A DNA stretch of 64,000 nt, taken from assembly GCA_051013385.1 (NCBI GenBank), contig CP143273.1:1440001-1504000 (forward strand), given 5' to 3'. The stretch comes from Phormidium sp. GTDB taxonomy: Bacteria; Cyanobacteriota; Cyanobacteriia; Cyanobacteriales; Aerosakkonemataceae. The stretch's first letter is position 1. Each line of letters starts with the position of its first letter. Under the pieces are notes generated by a model. It did no database searches. It was not told where the DNA came from and saw only the letters and a list, made by a program, of their open reading frames with translations. The translations under genes were made by a program, and so were the position numbers. Shown in pieces: positions 19,745 to 30,395 of this stretch.

Positions 19745-20536
19745 CTATTCAAGAGTAACAATTACAGGAGTATGATCGCTGGGTTGAGTTAATTTTCTTG
19801 GTTCAATATCGATCGCACAATTGGTGGCGCGATCGCACAAACCCGCAGTAAGATAAATATGGTCAATTCGCCAACCTCTATTCCCCTTAAAACCAGCAGT
19901 TCGATAATCCCACCAACTATAATGTCCACCTTCGGAAGTGAATTTCCGAAACACATCAATTAATCCTAATTCTAATACAGTTTTTAAGGCTTGACGTTCT
20001 ACATCTGTCGCCATTATCTTAGTTTCTCTACCTTTGGGATTATGAATATCTATATCTGACAAAGCAACATTAAAATCACCACAAATACAAAGATTATTAG
20101 GCGTTTTCTCTAACAAACTTTGTAAGTATTCTCGCAATACAATCAGCCATTTTAGCTTATATTCATACTTCTCGCTACCCACTGAAGAACCATTGGGAAC
20201 ATAAAGGTTAACAACGCGAATATCACCAATTACACCCGTAATTACTCGCTTTTGTTCGTCAAAATTACCTGCAATATTTTCGCCTAAAATTGGTGCAAAA
20301 CCTTTGCTAACTTCTTGTAAAGGTTGACGACTAATTAATGCTACACCATTGTATGATTTTTGCCCCGAAATATAAGCTTGATAACCTAAGCTTTCAAAAG
20401 CTGCTATGGGGAATAACTCATCTACAACTTTGGTTTCTTGCAAACACAAAACATCAACTGGATTTTCTTTCAACCAATTGGTTACTTGTTCTAAGCGAGT
20501 GCGAACTGAGTTAACATTCCAAGTGGCAATTTTCAT
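19745..20536 (-). CDS. xth: Exodeoxyribonuclease III
   Basis: MKIATWNVNS, LQETK, GDFN, WRIDH, SDHTP. Confidence 0.95.
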   Translation of the reverse strand: MKIATWNVNSVRTRLEQVTNWLKENPVDVLCLQETKVVDELFPIAAFESLGYQAYISGQKSYNGVALISRQPLQEVSKGFAPILGENIAGNFDEQKRVITGVIGDIRVVNLYVPNGSSVGSEKYEYKLKWLIVLREYLQSLLEKTPNNLCICGDFNVALSDIDIHNPKGRETKIMATDVERQALKTVLELGLIDVFRKFTSEGGHYSWWDYRTAGFKGNRGWRIDHIYLTAGLCDRATNCAIDIEPRKLTQPSDHTPVIVTLE

Positions 20537-20606
20537 TATTAGTCATTGGTCATTTGTCATGGGTCATTCGTAAATTATAAATTACTAATGACTTGTGAAA
20601 AGGATC

Positions 20607-20656
20607 TTTTTTAACCACGTTAGCGTAGCGCACGCTACGCTAACGTGGTTAAAAAA
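20607..20656. repeat. Perfect 24-bp-arm palindrome, possible terminator/REP
   Basis: TTTTTTAACCACGTTAGCGTAGCG-CA-CGCTACGCTAACGTGGTTAAAAAA. Confidence 0.8.
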
Positions 20657-20761
20657 AAATCTTAGTCTTAGTAAATCATCTGTTTGTTAGGTGCGTGACC
20701 AGAGTTTACTATATGATTCCAATAGTAGTTAAAAGTTAGGTCACACACCCTACGGTGCTAA

Positions 20762-22399
20762 TTAAATCACGCAGTTCAAAGAACCTGCTTTTTGGGTAAA
20801 GCGGAGATTTTCCCGATAGTCAACTGGGCAATCAATCACTGCTGGAACATCCTGTTCTAAAGCAGTTTTCAGAGTTGGAATAAAATCAGCAGTTGATTCA
20901 ATTCTGTACCCTTTTAATCCCATGCTTTCTGCGAATTTGACGAAATCAGGATTGCTGAATTTAATGAATGACGATCGCCCTAATTGATTTTGCTGTTTCC
21001 ACTCAATTAAACCGTAACCACCATCATTAAAAATGATTGTGACGAAGGCAGTACCGACGCGCAAAGCAGTTTCTAATTCTTGACAATTCATCATGAAACC
21101 GCCATCGCCTGTGACAGCAACAATTTTCTTTTCAGGATACACTAATTTTGCTGCGATCGCACCCGGAATCGCAATCCCCATCGCCGCAAAACCATTAGAA
21201 ATAATACAAGTATTTGGGCGATCGCAATGATAATGTCTTGCCATCCACATTTTATGTGCGCCGACATCAGAAATCACAATATCTTCCTCACCCATTACTT
21301 GCCGCAAATCGTATATTAGTTTTTGTGGCTTAATCGGGAAACCATCATCATTGGCATAACGTTCGTAATCTGCACGAATGTCATCTCTTAATTGCAAAGC
21401 ATAAGGGTCTGGTTTATCAGTGCGATCGGCCCGTTGTAAAATTTCATCCAAAGAATCAGAAATATCCCCAACTACTTCCACTTTGGGAATATAGCTGCTA
21501 TCAATTTCCGCATGGGTAGCATTAATATGGATGATCGGAATTGTGCCATTAGGATTCCACTTTTTCGGGGAATACTCAATTAAATCGTAACCAATGGCAA
21601 TCACCAAATCAGCATGATCGAAACCACAACTAATGTAATCTCGCTGTTGCAAACCAACTGCCCACAATGCTAAAGGATGAGTATAAGGAATCACACCTTT
21701 ACCCATAAAAGTGTTAGCAACCGGGATATTTAATCGGGTGGCAAACTCAGTTACAGCATCACTAGCGCGATCGCGAATTGCCCCATTTCCCACCAAAATC
21801 AAAGGATTTTTCGCTTGAGAAATTACTTCCGATGCGTGTTTAATACTGCGGAAAGAAGCAAAGGTTTTTTCTACATCACCCTTACTTAAAGGCTCTCCGG
21901 TAACTTCCATTGCCGCAATATTTTCTGGCACATCAATATGCACTGCGCCAGGTTTTTCTGATTGCGCTAATTTAAAAGCTTTCCGTACAACTTCCGGGGC
22001 AATGCTAGGGCGAACAATTTGAGCATTCCATTTAGTTACCGAAGAAAACATCGCCACTAAATCTAAATATTGGTGGGATTCTTTGTGCATCCGATCGGTC
22101 CCCACCTGTCCAGTAATTGCTACTAGCGGAGCCCGATCTAAATTAGCATCAGCCACACCTGTCATTAAATTGGTTGCGCCAGGGCCTAAAGTCGAAAGAC
22201 AAACTCCAGCTTGACCTGTCAAACGTCCATAAACATCAGCCATAAAAGCTGCGCCTTGTTCGTGACGGACGGTGATAAATTGGATGTTGGAGTTTCTGAT
22301 TGCCTCTAAAACATGGAGGTTTTCTTCTCCTGGTAAACCAAAAATATATTTAACACCTTCATTTTCCAAACATTGAACCAATAAATCGGCGGTATTCAT
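20762..22399 (-). CDS. ThDP-dependent acetolactate-synthase-like enzyme, probably 2-oxoglutarate decarboxylase
   Basis: GLPGEEN, RHEQGAAFMA, GDGGFMMN; adjacent to SSADH as in the cyanobacterial TCA bypass. Confidence 0.85.
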   Translation of the reverse strand: MNTADLLVQCLENEGVKYIFGLPGEENLHVLEAIRNSNIQFITVRHEQGAAFMADVYGRLTGQAGVCLSTLGPGATNLMTGVADANLDRAPLVAITGQVGTDRMHKESHQYLDLVAMFSSVTKWNAQIVRPSIAPEVVRKAFKLAQSEKPGAVHIDVPENIAAMEVTGEPLSKGDVEKTFASFRSIKHASEVISQAKNPLILVGNGAIRDRASDAVTEFATRLNIPVANTFMGKGVIPYTHPLALWAVGLQQRDYISCGFDHADLVIAIGYDLIEYSPKKWNPNGTIPIIHINATHAEIDSSYIPKVEVVGDISDSLDEILQRADRTDKPDPYALQLRDDIRADYERYANDDGFPIKPQKLIYDLRQVMGEEDIVISDVGAHKMWMARHYHCDRPNTCIISNGFAAMGIAIPGAIAAKLVYPEKKIVAVTGDGGFMMNCQELETALRVGTAFVTIIFNDGGYGLIEWKQQNQLGRSSFIKFSNPDFVKFAESMGLKGYRIESTADFIPTLKTALEQDVPAVIDCPVDYRENLRFTQKAGSLNCVI

Positions 22400-22563
22400 T
22401 CTACTTTGTGACTCCTCGGTTGATAGTAATTGGTAATTAGATTGATAGTTAGCAGTGAGTAGTTAGTAGACAAAACAGCCCTAAGTACGGGCGGGTTTAG
22501 CAAATAACCTTTGTAACCCACAGACAATCTCTGGACAAAACCCGCCCCTACAATTACGATGTT

Positions 22564-23931
22564 TTATTTGACCCAAACTGTCTTAACGTTGACAAATTCA
22601 TGAATGCCTTGGATGCCTAGTTCTCTGCCGTAGCCGGAACGTTTGATACCCCCAAAAGGTAGGCGCGGATCAGATTTAACTAAGCCATTGATGAATACGG
22701 CACCTGCTTCAATTTCTGAAATCAGGCGATCGCGTTCTTCTTCTACTGTAGTCCAAGCACTAGCCCCAAGTCCAAAGGGAATATCATTTGCTTTTCTAAT
22801 AGCTTCGTCAAGATTTTTGACTCGGAATAATAACGCCACAGGGCCAAAAAATTCCTCTTTGTCAGCTGGCGATCCAGGGGGTAAATAGCTCAAAATAGTG
22901 GGAGGAAAGTAATTCCCAGGTCGATCGCTAAATGAATGACCACCTGTTAAAACTTTTCCGCCAAATTGGACACATTTTTCCACTAAATCATCCAATTCTT
23001 TCACAATTCCCGGAGTTGCCAAAGGCCCAACATCGGTATCTGGTAACATCGGATCGCCAATTTTTAAAGCTTGGAATTTCTCTACCATTAGCTTTTCAAA
23101 CTTATCGGCGACTGCTTCCGCAACAATAAACCGTTTCGCTGCAATGCAAGATTGACCATTGTTAATCATTCTCGCTGTGACTGCGGTAGTCGCTGCTGCT
23201 TCAATATCAGCACTTTCTAAGACAATAAACGGATCGCTTCCTCCCAATTCCAAAACCGTTTTTTTGATGTCTTTAGCAGCGGCAATTGCTAAACTAATTC
23301 CAGCCCCTTCACTTCCGGTTAAAGTTGCCGCTTTGACTCTTTCATCTGCTACAATTGCGGCAACTTTATTTGCACCTATTAATAAGGTTTGAAACACAGC
23401 ATCAGGAAAACCAGCGGCTTGAATAATTTCCTCAATTGCTAAAGCCGACTGCGGTACATTAGAAGCGTGTTTTAAAATCCCCACATTTCCCGCCATTAAT
23501 GCTGGCGCAGCAAAGCGGAACACTTGCCAAAACGGAAAGTTCCAAGGCATTACTGCCAGAATAATTCCTAATGGTTGATAGCGGACAAAGCTTTGACTAG
23601 CATCGGTAGTGACAGGTACATCTGCTAAAAACTCAGCCGCATTTTCGGCATAATAACGACATACCGAAGCGCATTTTTCGACTTCTGCGATCGCTGCTTT
23701 TAACGGTTTCCCCATTTCTAAGGTAAGAATTTTACCAAACCGTTCGCGATCGTTCTCTAAAATATCCCCCGCTTTAATTAGCCATTGAGCCCTTTGACTC
23801 ATCGACGTTTGACGGTAACTCTCAAATGCCTGTTGCGCCTGTGCCAGCTTAGATTCAATCTCCGCATCCGTTAGCGCCTCAAAGGACTTGACTAATTCTC
23901 CTGTTGCTGGGTTAATAGTGGCGATACCCAT
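22564..23931 (-). CDS. gabD: NAD(P)-dependent succinate-semialdehyde dehydrogenase
   Basis: MPWNFP, LELGGSDP, NGQSCIAAKR, EEFFGP; start at MGIATINP. Confidence 0.9.
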   Translation of the reverse strand: MGIATINPATGELVKSFEALTDAEIESKLAQAQQAFESYRQTSMSQRAQWLIKAGDILENDRERFGKILTLEMGKPLKAAIAEVEKCASVCRYYAENAAEFLADVPVTTDASQSFVRYQPLGIILAVMPWNFPFWQVFRFAAPALMAGNVGILKHASNVPQSALAIEEIIQAAGFPDAVFQTLLIGANKVAAIVADERVKAATLTGSEGAGISLAIAAAKDIKKTVLELGGSDPFIVLESADIEAAATTAVTARMINNGQSCIAAKRFIVAEAVADKFEKLMVEKFQALKIGDPMLPDTDVGPLATPGIVKELDDLVEKCVQFGGKVLTGGHSFSDRPGNYFPPTILSYLPPGSPADKEEFFGPVALLFRVKNLDEAIRKANDIPFGLGASAWTTVEEERDRLISEIEAGAVFINGLVKSDPRLPFGGIKRSGYGRELGIQGIHEFVNVKTVWVK

Positions 23932-24276
23932 TTTATTCTCCAGTTCTGCAATCATACCTTGGAGTAGCACTTTAGTTTTTTACATACTTAAATTGCTACT
24001 CCAGCCTTCCTTTAATCTTAGATTTATTTTTCAGTTAAATTCACCAATTAAAAGTTAAAATCTTGCAGATTTGCATTATCTTTATATATTGTTTCACAAT
24101 CGTTACTAGCGGAATTTACTAAATTTTTACGAATATAAATATACCGTTTTTAAACTTAGCAAATCTTCATAAATCTAAGAGTTTTGCAAAGATTAAGGCG
24201 GTTAAAACCGCAACTATACAAACAAAGTCCGCCTACGCGGACTTTTAACCTGCTTCTGGCAGGTTTTGTCTGTATA

Positions 24277-24379
24277 CTCAGATCTCGCACTCCTGAGCAG
24301 AGCCTCCATTTTTCGTTCCCAGGTTGAACCTGGGAACGAGGATCTGGGAGGTTCTACCTCCCCTGCTGCAAGATGTGAG
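24277..24379. mobile_element. MITE-like element (about 103 bp), copy 1
   Basis: Terminal inverted repeats CTCAGATCTCGCA...TGCAAGATGTGAG flanked by TA; internal palindrome GTTCCCAGGTTGAACCTGGGAAC; inverted relative at 41598-41699. Confidence 0.65.
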
Positions 24380-24411
24380 TATAGCCTGCGACTTCAGTCG
24401 CAGGGGTAAGA

Positions 24412-25458
24412 TCAGGGATAAATGAGAATCTTATAAGTCTCAGGAGTTGGGGAAACGGCTTTGGCTACTGCTTGGGGTAAGTCTTGGAGAGGATAGCGAT
24501 CGCTCACCAACGCATCCACATCAATGCGGCGATTAAATACAATATCAGTAGCCAGCGATTGCAACCGAAAAGAGGAACTGTAGCTACCCATCAAATCAAT
24601 TTCCCGACGATACAGGATATTTGGGTTAATGGGAATTTCCACTTCATCGGGAAACTCAGCAAAAAACAGAATCTTTCCACCTTTGCGAGTACAATCTAAC
24701 GCTTGGAAGAAAGCCTTATCGCTGGGAACGGCTAATAAAGTAGTATTAACTCCCAAACCATTAGTTAAAGCTTGAATTTTCTGGGGTAAATCTCGATCGC
24801 GAGCATCAAAAGCCGCTTCTGCGCCTACAGCTAAAGCTTTTTCAATGCGGGAAGGTAACAAGTCAGTAGCGATCGCTCTCCCCCCAAAATATTTTACCAA
24901 CATAATAAACATTAACCCGATCGGACCTGCACCAGTAATCAGCACCGTCTCACCCGGTTTAACTTCCGCCTTTTTCACCGCCTTCAAACAGCAGTTAGTC
25001 GGTTCCACAAAACTCGCTTGTTCAAAACTTACATCATCAGGAATCGGAATTAACCCCCCACTGCGAACAATATGTCCCGGAACCTTCACATATTCCGCAA
25101 AACCACCACCGCTAGGCGAAAAACCCGCCGTTGTAGTGATGTTTTTGTAAACCTCACACATCGAGAAATTTTCGTTTAAGCAATACTCGCAGCGCATACA
25201 AGGGATATGGTGCATCACCACCACCCGTTGTCCCACTTGCCAGTCTGTTACCGCCTCTCCCACCGCAGAAATTACCCCCGCAGTCTCATGTCCAAAAATG
25301 CGCGGTGGTTGATAAAGCGGATAAAGAATCTTTTTAATATCCGACTGACACAAACCCACCACCCGCACCTGCACCAATACCTCATCCGCTGCTAATGTCG
25401 GGACTGGTACTTCTTCGTAGCTTAGTTGATTTACCCCTCTAAAAACCTGTGCTTTCAT
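24412..25458 (-). CDS. Zinc-dependent (MDR family) dehydrogenase
   Basis: GLCQSD, GHE, CxxCxxCx7C structural Zn site, GAGPIG. Confidence 0.9.
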   Translation of the reverse strand: MKAQVFRGVNQLSYEEVPVPTLAADEVLVQVRVVGLCQSDIKKILYPLYQPPRIFGHETAGVISAVGEAVTDWQVGQRVVVMHHIPCMRCEYCLNENFSMCEVYKNITTTAGFSPSGGGFAEYVKVPGHIVRSGGLIPIPDDVSFEQASFVEPTNCCLKAVKKAEVKPGETVLITGAGPIGLMFIMLVKYFGGRAIATDLLPSRIEKALAVGAEAAFDARDRDLPQKIQALTNGLGVNTTLLAVPSDKAFFQALDCTRKGGKILFFAEFPDEVEIPINPNILYRREIDLMGSYSSSFRLQSLATDIVFNRRIDVDALVSDRYPLQDLPQAVAKAVSPTPETYKILIYP

Positions 25459-25605
25459 CCTTAGTTATTTGTCCCTAGTCAGTTCCATTGTTATTTGTGC
25501 TTTGTCGTCGGTTATTTGTCAATCTCGGAACAAGGGAACAGGAAATCGGAATAAATGGTAAAGCTGAAAGCGGAAAGGGAAAATTCTTACCTATTACCCC
25601 CTTCC

Positions 25606-25670
25606 TCTGTTCCCTGTTCCCTGTTCCCTGTTCCCTGTTCCCTGTTCCCTGTTCCCTGTTCCCTGTTCCC
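25606..25670. repeat. STRR heptamer tract (CTGTTCC)n
   Basis: About nine tandem CTGTTCC units. Confidence 0.9.
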
Positions 25671-25975
25671 TACTAAGTAATTTCACTGATTTAAAAATAC
25701 TTATCAAATATTGTCAACCGAGAATTTACTTGATTAATAGTTACTGCTGGAGCATTGGGAACACAAGCTACAGAACTCTAATAAATGCGATCGGCATTGC
25801 CTGTTGATTTTGAGCCAAAAATCTTCCCATACCTGAAAAATCGTCGGATTTGCTATTGCCAGATGAACGGCGATCGCCAGTAAATTTTTTTTTCAAACTA
25901 CTTAAACAAATTTTCCTGATGCCTCGTTCAACTCCCAGAAAGAAGGAATAGAACGCAGGAGATTCAAAAATTTAT

Positions 25976-26167
25976 ATGGGACATCTCAAATTTACTGTTA
26001 ACTCTTTACTTTTGGCTTTCCTTACAATTACTTGCCAAAGTTTCAACCTTCAATCACAAGCTATTCCTACGGAAAAATCAGAGGAATCTGTTAATTTAGA
26101 ATCCATTATCTCATACCCCTGGGCTAAGACTAAGGACGATCACCGAGGTAGTGGACGCAGAGGTTAA
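25976..26167 (+). CDS. patX: PatX-like HetR-inhibitor precursor peptide
   Basis: AGGAG RBS; hydrophobic N-terminal signal-like segment; C-terminal HRGSGRR containing the PatS pentapeptide RGSGR; directly upstream of hetR. Confidence 0.85.
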   Translation: MGHLKFTVNSLLLAFLTITCQSFNLQSQAIPTEKSEESVNLESIISYPWAKTKDDHRGSGRRG

Positions 26168-26339
26168 AGAAACAGAATATTTGTCACCCGAAACGTTGCT
26201 AATAATCTAGGCTTTCACCGCTGAGCTATTCTGCTAATTCGGGTTTTGTTTCTGTAAAGACAAATAACTTAATTATCTTCCAGATTATCATACAAAGGTA
26301 AGTGAACAATAGGCTAGGTAAACTTATTATTTCCTTACC

Positions 26340-26382
26340 AACCCATGCCAAGATCATCTTCGCGTGGGTTTTTGACTTTTTT
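26340..26382 (+). terminator. Hairpin plus T tract between patX and hetR
   Basis: AACCCATGC...GCGTGGGTT followed by TTTGACTTTTTT. Confidence 0.5.
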
Positions 26383-26704
26383 TTACTTTTTAGTCAGTAT
26401 AAGTGGTATTTATGGCTGCCGATCGGCTAAATTTTGATAAGCAGGGTGGCTCGGAAACTTAACTTAAAACTGTCTACAGCAGAAATTATGGGTGCAATCA
26501 TAGTAATCATTCCATTGGTGATGGATTATAGCGTAAGCTAACTGCTTCTGGCATAAAGCTGAAAACAGCTAGTGCAAGAAGGCTCTAAGCAAAGAAGGCT
26601 TGTACAAAGCTTTTCCAGTGGTTTTTAACTATATAGTTATTTCTGCCTGGTTGCGCTAGACATCCTCAGCAGTGGCTTGATCCTCGAAAAACTGGAAATT
26701 TTGA

Positions 26705-27631
<927 letters not shown>

Positions 27632-27700
27632 TTAGGGTTTGGGTACTTAACTATTGGGTGCAATCTACATTGCTATCTTTAAAAAATTAGACTATGAAAA

Positions 27701-27800
27701 ATCATCACATTAGTAATATAGAAATGGATAAGATTGTGAGTGGAAAAAGATGTTGGGTTTCCTTGTTTCAACCTAACTATAAGGAAGGGCGCTCGCACTT
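27701..27800 (+). repeat. About 100-bp imperfect direct repeat (partner 30278-30378)
   Basis: Shared AAATGGATAAGATTGTGAG..AAAAAGAT.TTGGGTTTCCTTG..AAGGAAGGGCG..CGCACTT. Confidence 0.8.
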
Positions 27801-27849
27801 TTAATGAAGTGATCGCGCTCGAAGAAACCGTATCTTTATAGGGCTATGT

Positions 27850-28293
27850 TCAGATCCAGGATTCCAAGTTGAATGGCTGAACTGCTTGAATGCGCTGGAA
27901 GTCTCGATCGGTTGTCACTAGAATGAGTTGATATTGGAGTGCAACGGCGGCAATCCACAGATCGTTTTCGCCGATGCCCAATTGAGTGATGTTGGTTTTA
28001 CGGCGTTGGGATCGCTCTTGTGGGGCGTAGCGATCGAAGACTGCGGCTTTGAGGTTGCCGTAAATTTCGGCGGTGGTTTCGTCTATAGGGTAGATGTATA
28101 GTCCAATTAGGAAGCGTTGAACTAGGGCAAGATTAGCCTGTCGCTGTTGGGATCGCGCTGCCATGTCAATCAGTTCACCCTTGACTATTGTGCAGGTTGC
28201 GATTGGCTCATCCCCAAGGTTGGCAAGGCGATCGAGTATTTGAGTGTTGCCTAGTATGGCATAGCTACAGTGATTGGTGTCGAGGAGAAACAT
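27850..28293 (-). CDS. vapC: VapC/PIN-domain toxin
   Basis: MFLLDTN, GEL, ENDLWIAAVAL, LVTTDRDF. Confidence 0.88.
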   Translation of the reverse strand: MFLLDTNHCSYAILGNTQILDRLANLGDEPIATCTIVKGELIDMAARSQQRQANLALVQRFLIGLYIYPIDETTAEIYGNLKAAVFDRYAPQERSQRRKTNITQLGIGENDLWIAAVALQYQLILVTTDRDFQRIQAVQPFNLESWI

Positions 28294-28535
28294 TATTCAA
28301 AAGGATTGAGGCTGTAGTCAAATTGTGCTTCGCCGCGTGAGGATTGGACTGCTTCTAGACATTCTTGGAGGTCGTCGCCTGACCAAGTGCCGATTGTCTT
28401 GAGATGAGCGAGGAAGGATTTAGCAGTTGCGATCGAAGGTTTGGTTTGCAGCGATTGTATGAAGATGAGGGCTTCGGCAAGCCTTGTGCTGGGCAAAGCT
28501 TCGATTGCTTGGAGGAGTTGTTCTTTGAGGGTCAT
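28293..28535 (-). CDS. Putative antitoxin (DUF2281-like)
   Basis: 80 aa, overlaps the vapC start; MTLKEQLLQAIEALP, GTWSGDD. Confidence 0.75.
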   Translation of the reverse strand: MTLKEQLLQAIEALPSTRLAEALIFIQSLQTKPSIATAKSFLAHLKTIGTWSGDDLQECLEAVQSSRGEAQFDYSLNPFE

Positions 28536-28564
28536 AGGGTGTTGCCTTGCCTTTTACTTAGTGA

Positions 28565-28666
28565 GCGATCGCTGTTTTATTTTAGGCGATCTCCGATCGG
28601 AAAAAAGCACTTGCGATCGCGTAGCGTGCCGTAGGCATATCGCTCTTTTTTTGGTAGTGCGATCGC
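28565..28666. repeat. HIP1-built intergenic repeat
   Basis: GCGATCGC..TTTTAGGCGATC..GAAAAAA..TGCGATCGCGTAGCGTGCC..ATCGC; relatives at 29234, 30120, 36350, 37492. Confidence 0.75.
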
Positions 28667-28688
28667 TATCCGTTCAATCATCACATTG

Positions 28689-28904
28689 TCATGGTAGAAA
28701 TAGTTGTCGAATTTCCCGACCAATGATGGCAGCTTCAGGTGCAACTCAGCAACGGTAAGGAAACTGTTGCAGGGATGCGATCGCATCTTGGAGGTCATAG
28801 TACCACTGGTTTGCCGCATCAGCACTGAGATAATCGCACATCCAACGGTAGGCGGTTTCAATTTCTGCAAAGGCGGGTGGTTGGATGATGACCAGATAAC
28901 TCAT
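28689..28904 (-). pseudogene. RelE/ParE-family toxin, nonsense-interrupted and truncated
   Basis: ATGA overlap with the antitoxin; MSYLVIIQPPAFAEIETAYRW...SLQQFPYRC*VAPEAAIIGREIRQLFLP*; TGA at 28746-28748. Confidence 0.75.
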
Positions 28905-29170
28905 GGACGGGGAGGAATGTTGAACTGCTGTTGTAGCGCTGACATGGCTTGGTCAGCTGGGATGCCTTCACCTCGATCGAAGCTTTCGAGTCCTTTGCGG
29001 ATGCCGATGATCGCTTCGAGGTAGTCAATTCGCTCTAGCAGTTGTTCGTAGATATTGAGTTGGGGGTGGGTGGAGGATTTGAGCGATCGCACCAAGGAAA
29101 GAAGATCGGTGAGCAGTTCATCAGGGGTGCTATCGATTTCTTGGAGGAGTAGTTCTTTGATGGTCATCAC
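28901..29170 (-). CDS. Putative antitoxin
   Basis: MTIKELLLQEID...EAIIGIRKGLESFDRGEGIPA; coupled to the ParE remnant. Confidence 0.7.
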   Translation of the reverse strand: MMTIKELLLQEIDSTPDELLTDLLSLVRSLKSSTHPQLNIYEQLLERIDYLEAIIGIRKGLESFDRGEGIPADQAMSALQQQFNIPPRP

Positions 29171-29233
29171 GGCATCTGGGGAGGATTGATATTTTGAGTA
29201 TAACGAGTCTTCAGCGGACTGCTTTTTGGGAGT

Positions 29234-29314
29234 TGCGTTCGCGTAGCGTGCCGTTAGGCGTATCGCTTTTGCATTTTAGGCGATCGCTCATCCGAAAAAA
29301 CAAACTGCGATCGC
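29234..29314. repeat. HIP1-built intergenic repeat
   Basis: GCGTTCGCGTAGCGTGCCGTTAGGCGTATCGCTTTTGCATTTTAGGCGATCGC. Confidence 0.75.
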
Positions 29315-29443
29315 AAAGGATGCCGCAGGTAATTGCTATCGTTAAGTCATCGTCTTGTTATTATAAAATTGGATAAAATTATGCTACTTTAGAATAAGTT
29401 TAAAGAATATTTAATTTGGAATAGTACATTCGGAAACGTTATC

Positions 29444-30040
29444 ATGTCATCCCTAGAGAGTGCAGCAATTCCTTCAGATATGATTTGGCGCTTAAGCGTA
29501 GATCGGTATCATAGTATGATTGAAAATGGCATTCTTACGGACGAAGATCCAGTGGAATTGTTAGAAGGCTGGTTAGTTTTCAAAATGCCAAAGAATCCCC
29601 CCCATAGAGCAGCAACTCGCATTGTCAGAATGGCGATCGAGAGCATTTTGCCTTCAGGATGGTATGTGGATTCGCAAGAGGCGATCGCACTATTTGATAG
29701 CGAACCAGAACCGGATGTGGTGGTTGTTAGAGGAGATACTCGACAGTACCTAGATCGACATCCGGGTGCTGAAGATATTGCCCTTGTGGTGGAAGTATGC
29801 GATACAACTCTTCAACGCGATCGCTCTTTAAAGAAACGCATTTATGCTCGCGCTGGCATTCCGATTTACTGGATCGTAAATCTCCTGGATCGACAGATTG
29901 AGGAATATACTCAGCCATTTGGAGAAGGCGAAGATGCAGATTATGCTACGCAACAAAACTATGGGCTACAGGATTCTTTGCCTTTAGAGATCGAAGGATT
30001 TGAGATAGGAATACTTTCTGCAAATTCTCTATTGCCTTAA
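29444..30040 (+). CDS. Uma2 family (PD-(D/E)xK) endonuclease-like protein
   Basis: VELLEGWL, SEPEPD, LVVEV, YARAGIPIYWIVNL. Confidence 0.9.
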   Translation: MSSLESAAIPSDMIWRLSVDRYHSMIENGILTDEDPVELLEGWLVFKMPKNPPHRAATRIVRMAIESILPSGWYVDSQEAIALFDSEPEPDVVVVRGDTRQYLDRHPGAEDIALVVEVCDTTLQRDRSLKKRIYARAGIPIYWIVNLLDRQIEEYTQPFGEGEDADYATQQNYGLQDSLPLEIEGFEIGILSANSLLP

Positions 30041-30042
30041 CA

Positions 30043-30108
30043 TTAATCATCTATTTGGCGATAGGCGATATCTATTTTTGCTGGTTGGATGAGGACTTGA
30101 TAAGTCAT
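30043..30108 (-). pseudogene. 5' remnant of a second ParE-like toxin
   Basis: MTYQVLIQPAKIDIAYRQIDD* resembles MSYLVIIQPPAFAEIETAYRW at 28904. Confidence 0.45.
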
Positions 30109-30277
30109 AGACGATAACTCGATCGCTCATCCGAAAAAACAAACTGCGATCGCTCTTTTTTGGGTAGGGGTGCGATCGCGATCAAGTCAGAAACCGGGTT
30201 TCTTAATCAAATCTCTAGAAAAGATAAAGATTATCGCAGAAACCCGGTTTCTTGTTAGTGTGATCGCTCTCCGTTCA

Positions 30278-30378
30278 ATCATGGCATTGTCATTGTAAAA
30301 ATGGATAAGATTGTGAGGAAAAAAAGATCTTGGGTTTCCTTGCGTTAACCCAAGCTACAAGGAAGGGCGAGCGCACTT
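30278..30378 (+). repeat. About 100-bp imperfect direct repeat (partner 27701-27800)
   Basis: See the 27701 copy; a partial third copy lies at about 28670-28700. Confidence 0.8.
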
Positions 30379-30395
30379 CTTATTAGACACAATTC

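Noticed and set aside
25488..25676. 62-aa ORF with FPVPCSL repeats
   Set aside because: Translation of the STRR heptamer tract.
25914..25919. TCCTGA as a DIF1 (TCCGGA) motif upstream of patX
   Set aside because: One mismatch in a hexamer and no convincing downstream element; could be chance.
28404..29376. ORFs 28404, 28441, 28577, 28704 and 29194
   Set aside because: Off-frame or antisense to the TA genes and HIP1 repeats; the parE pseudogene frame explains the region better.
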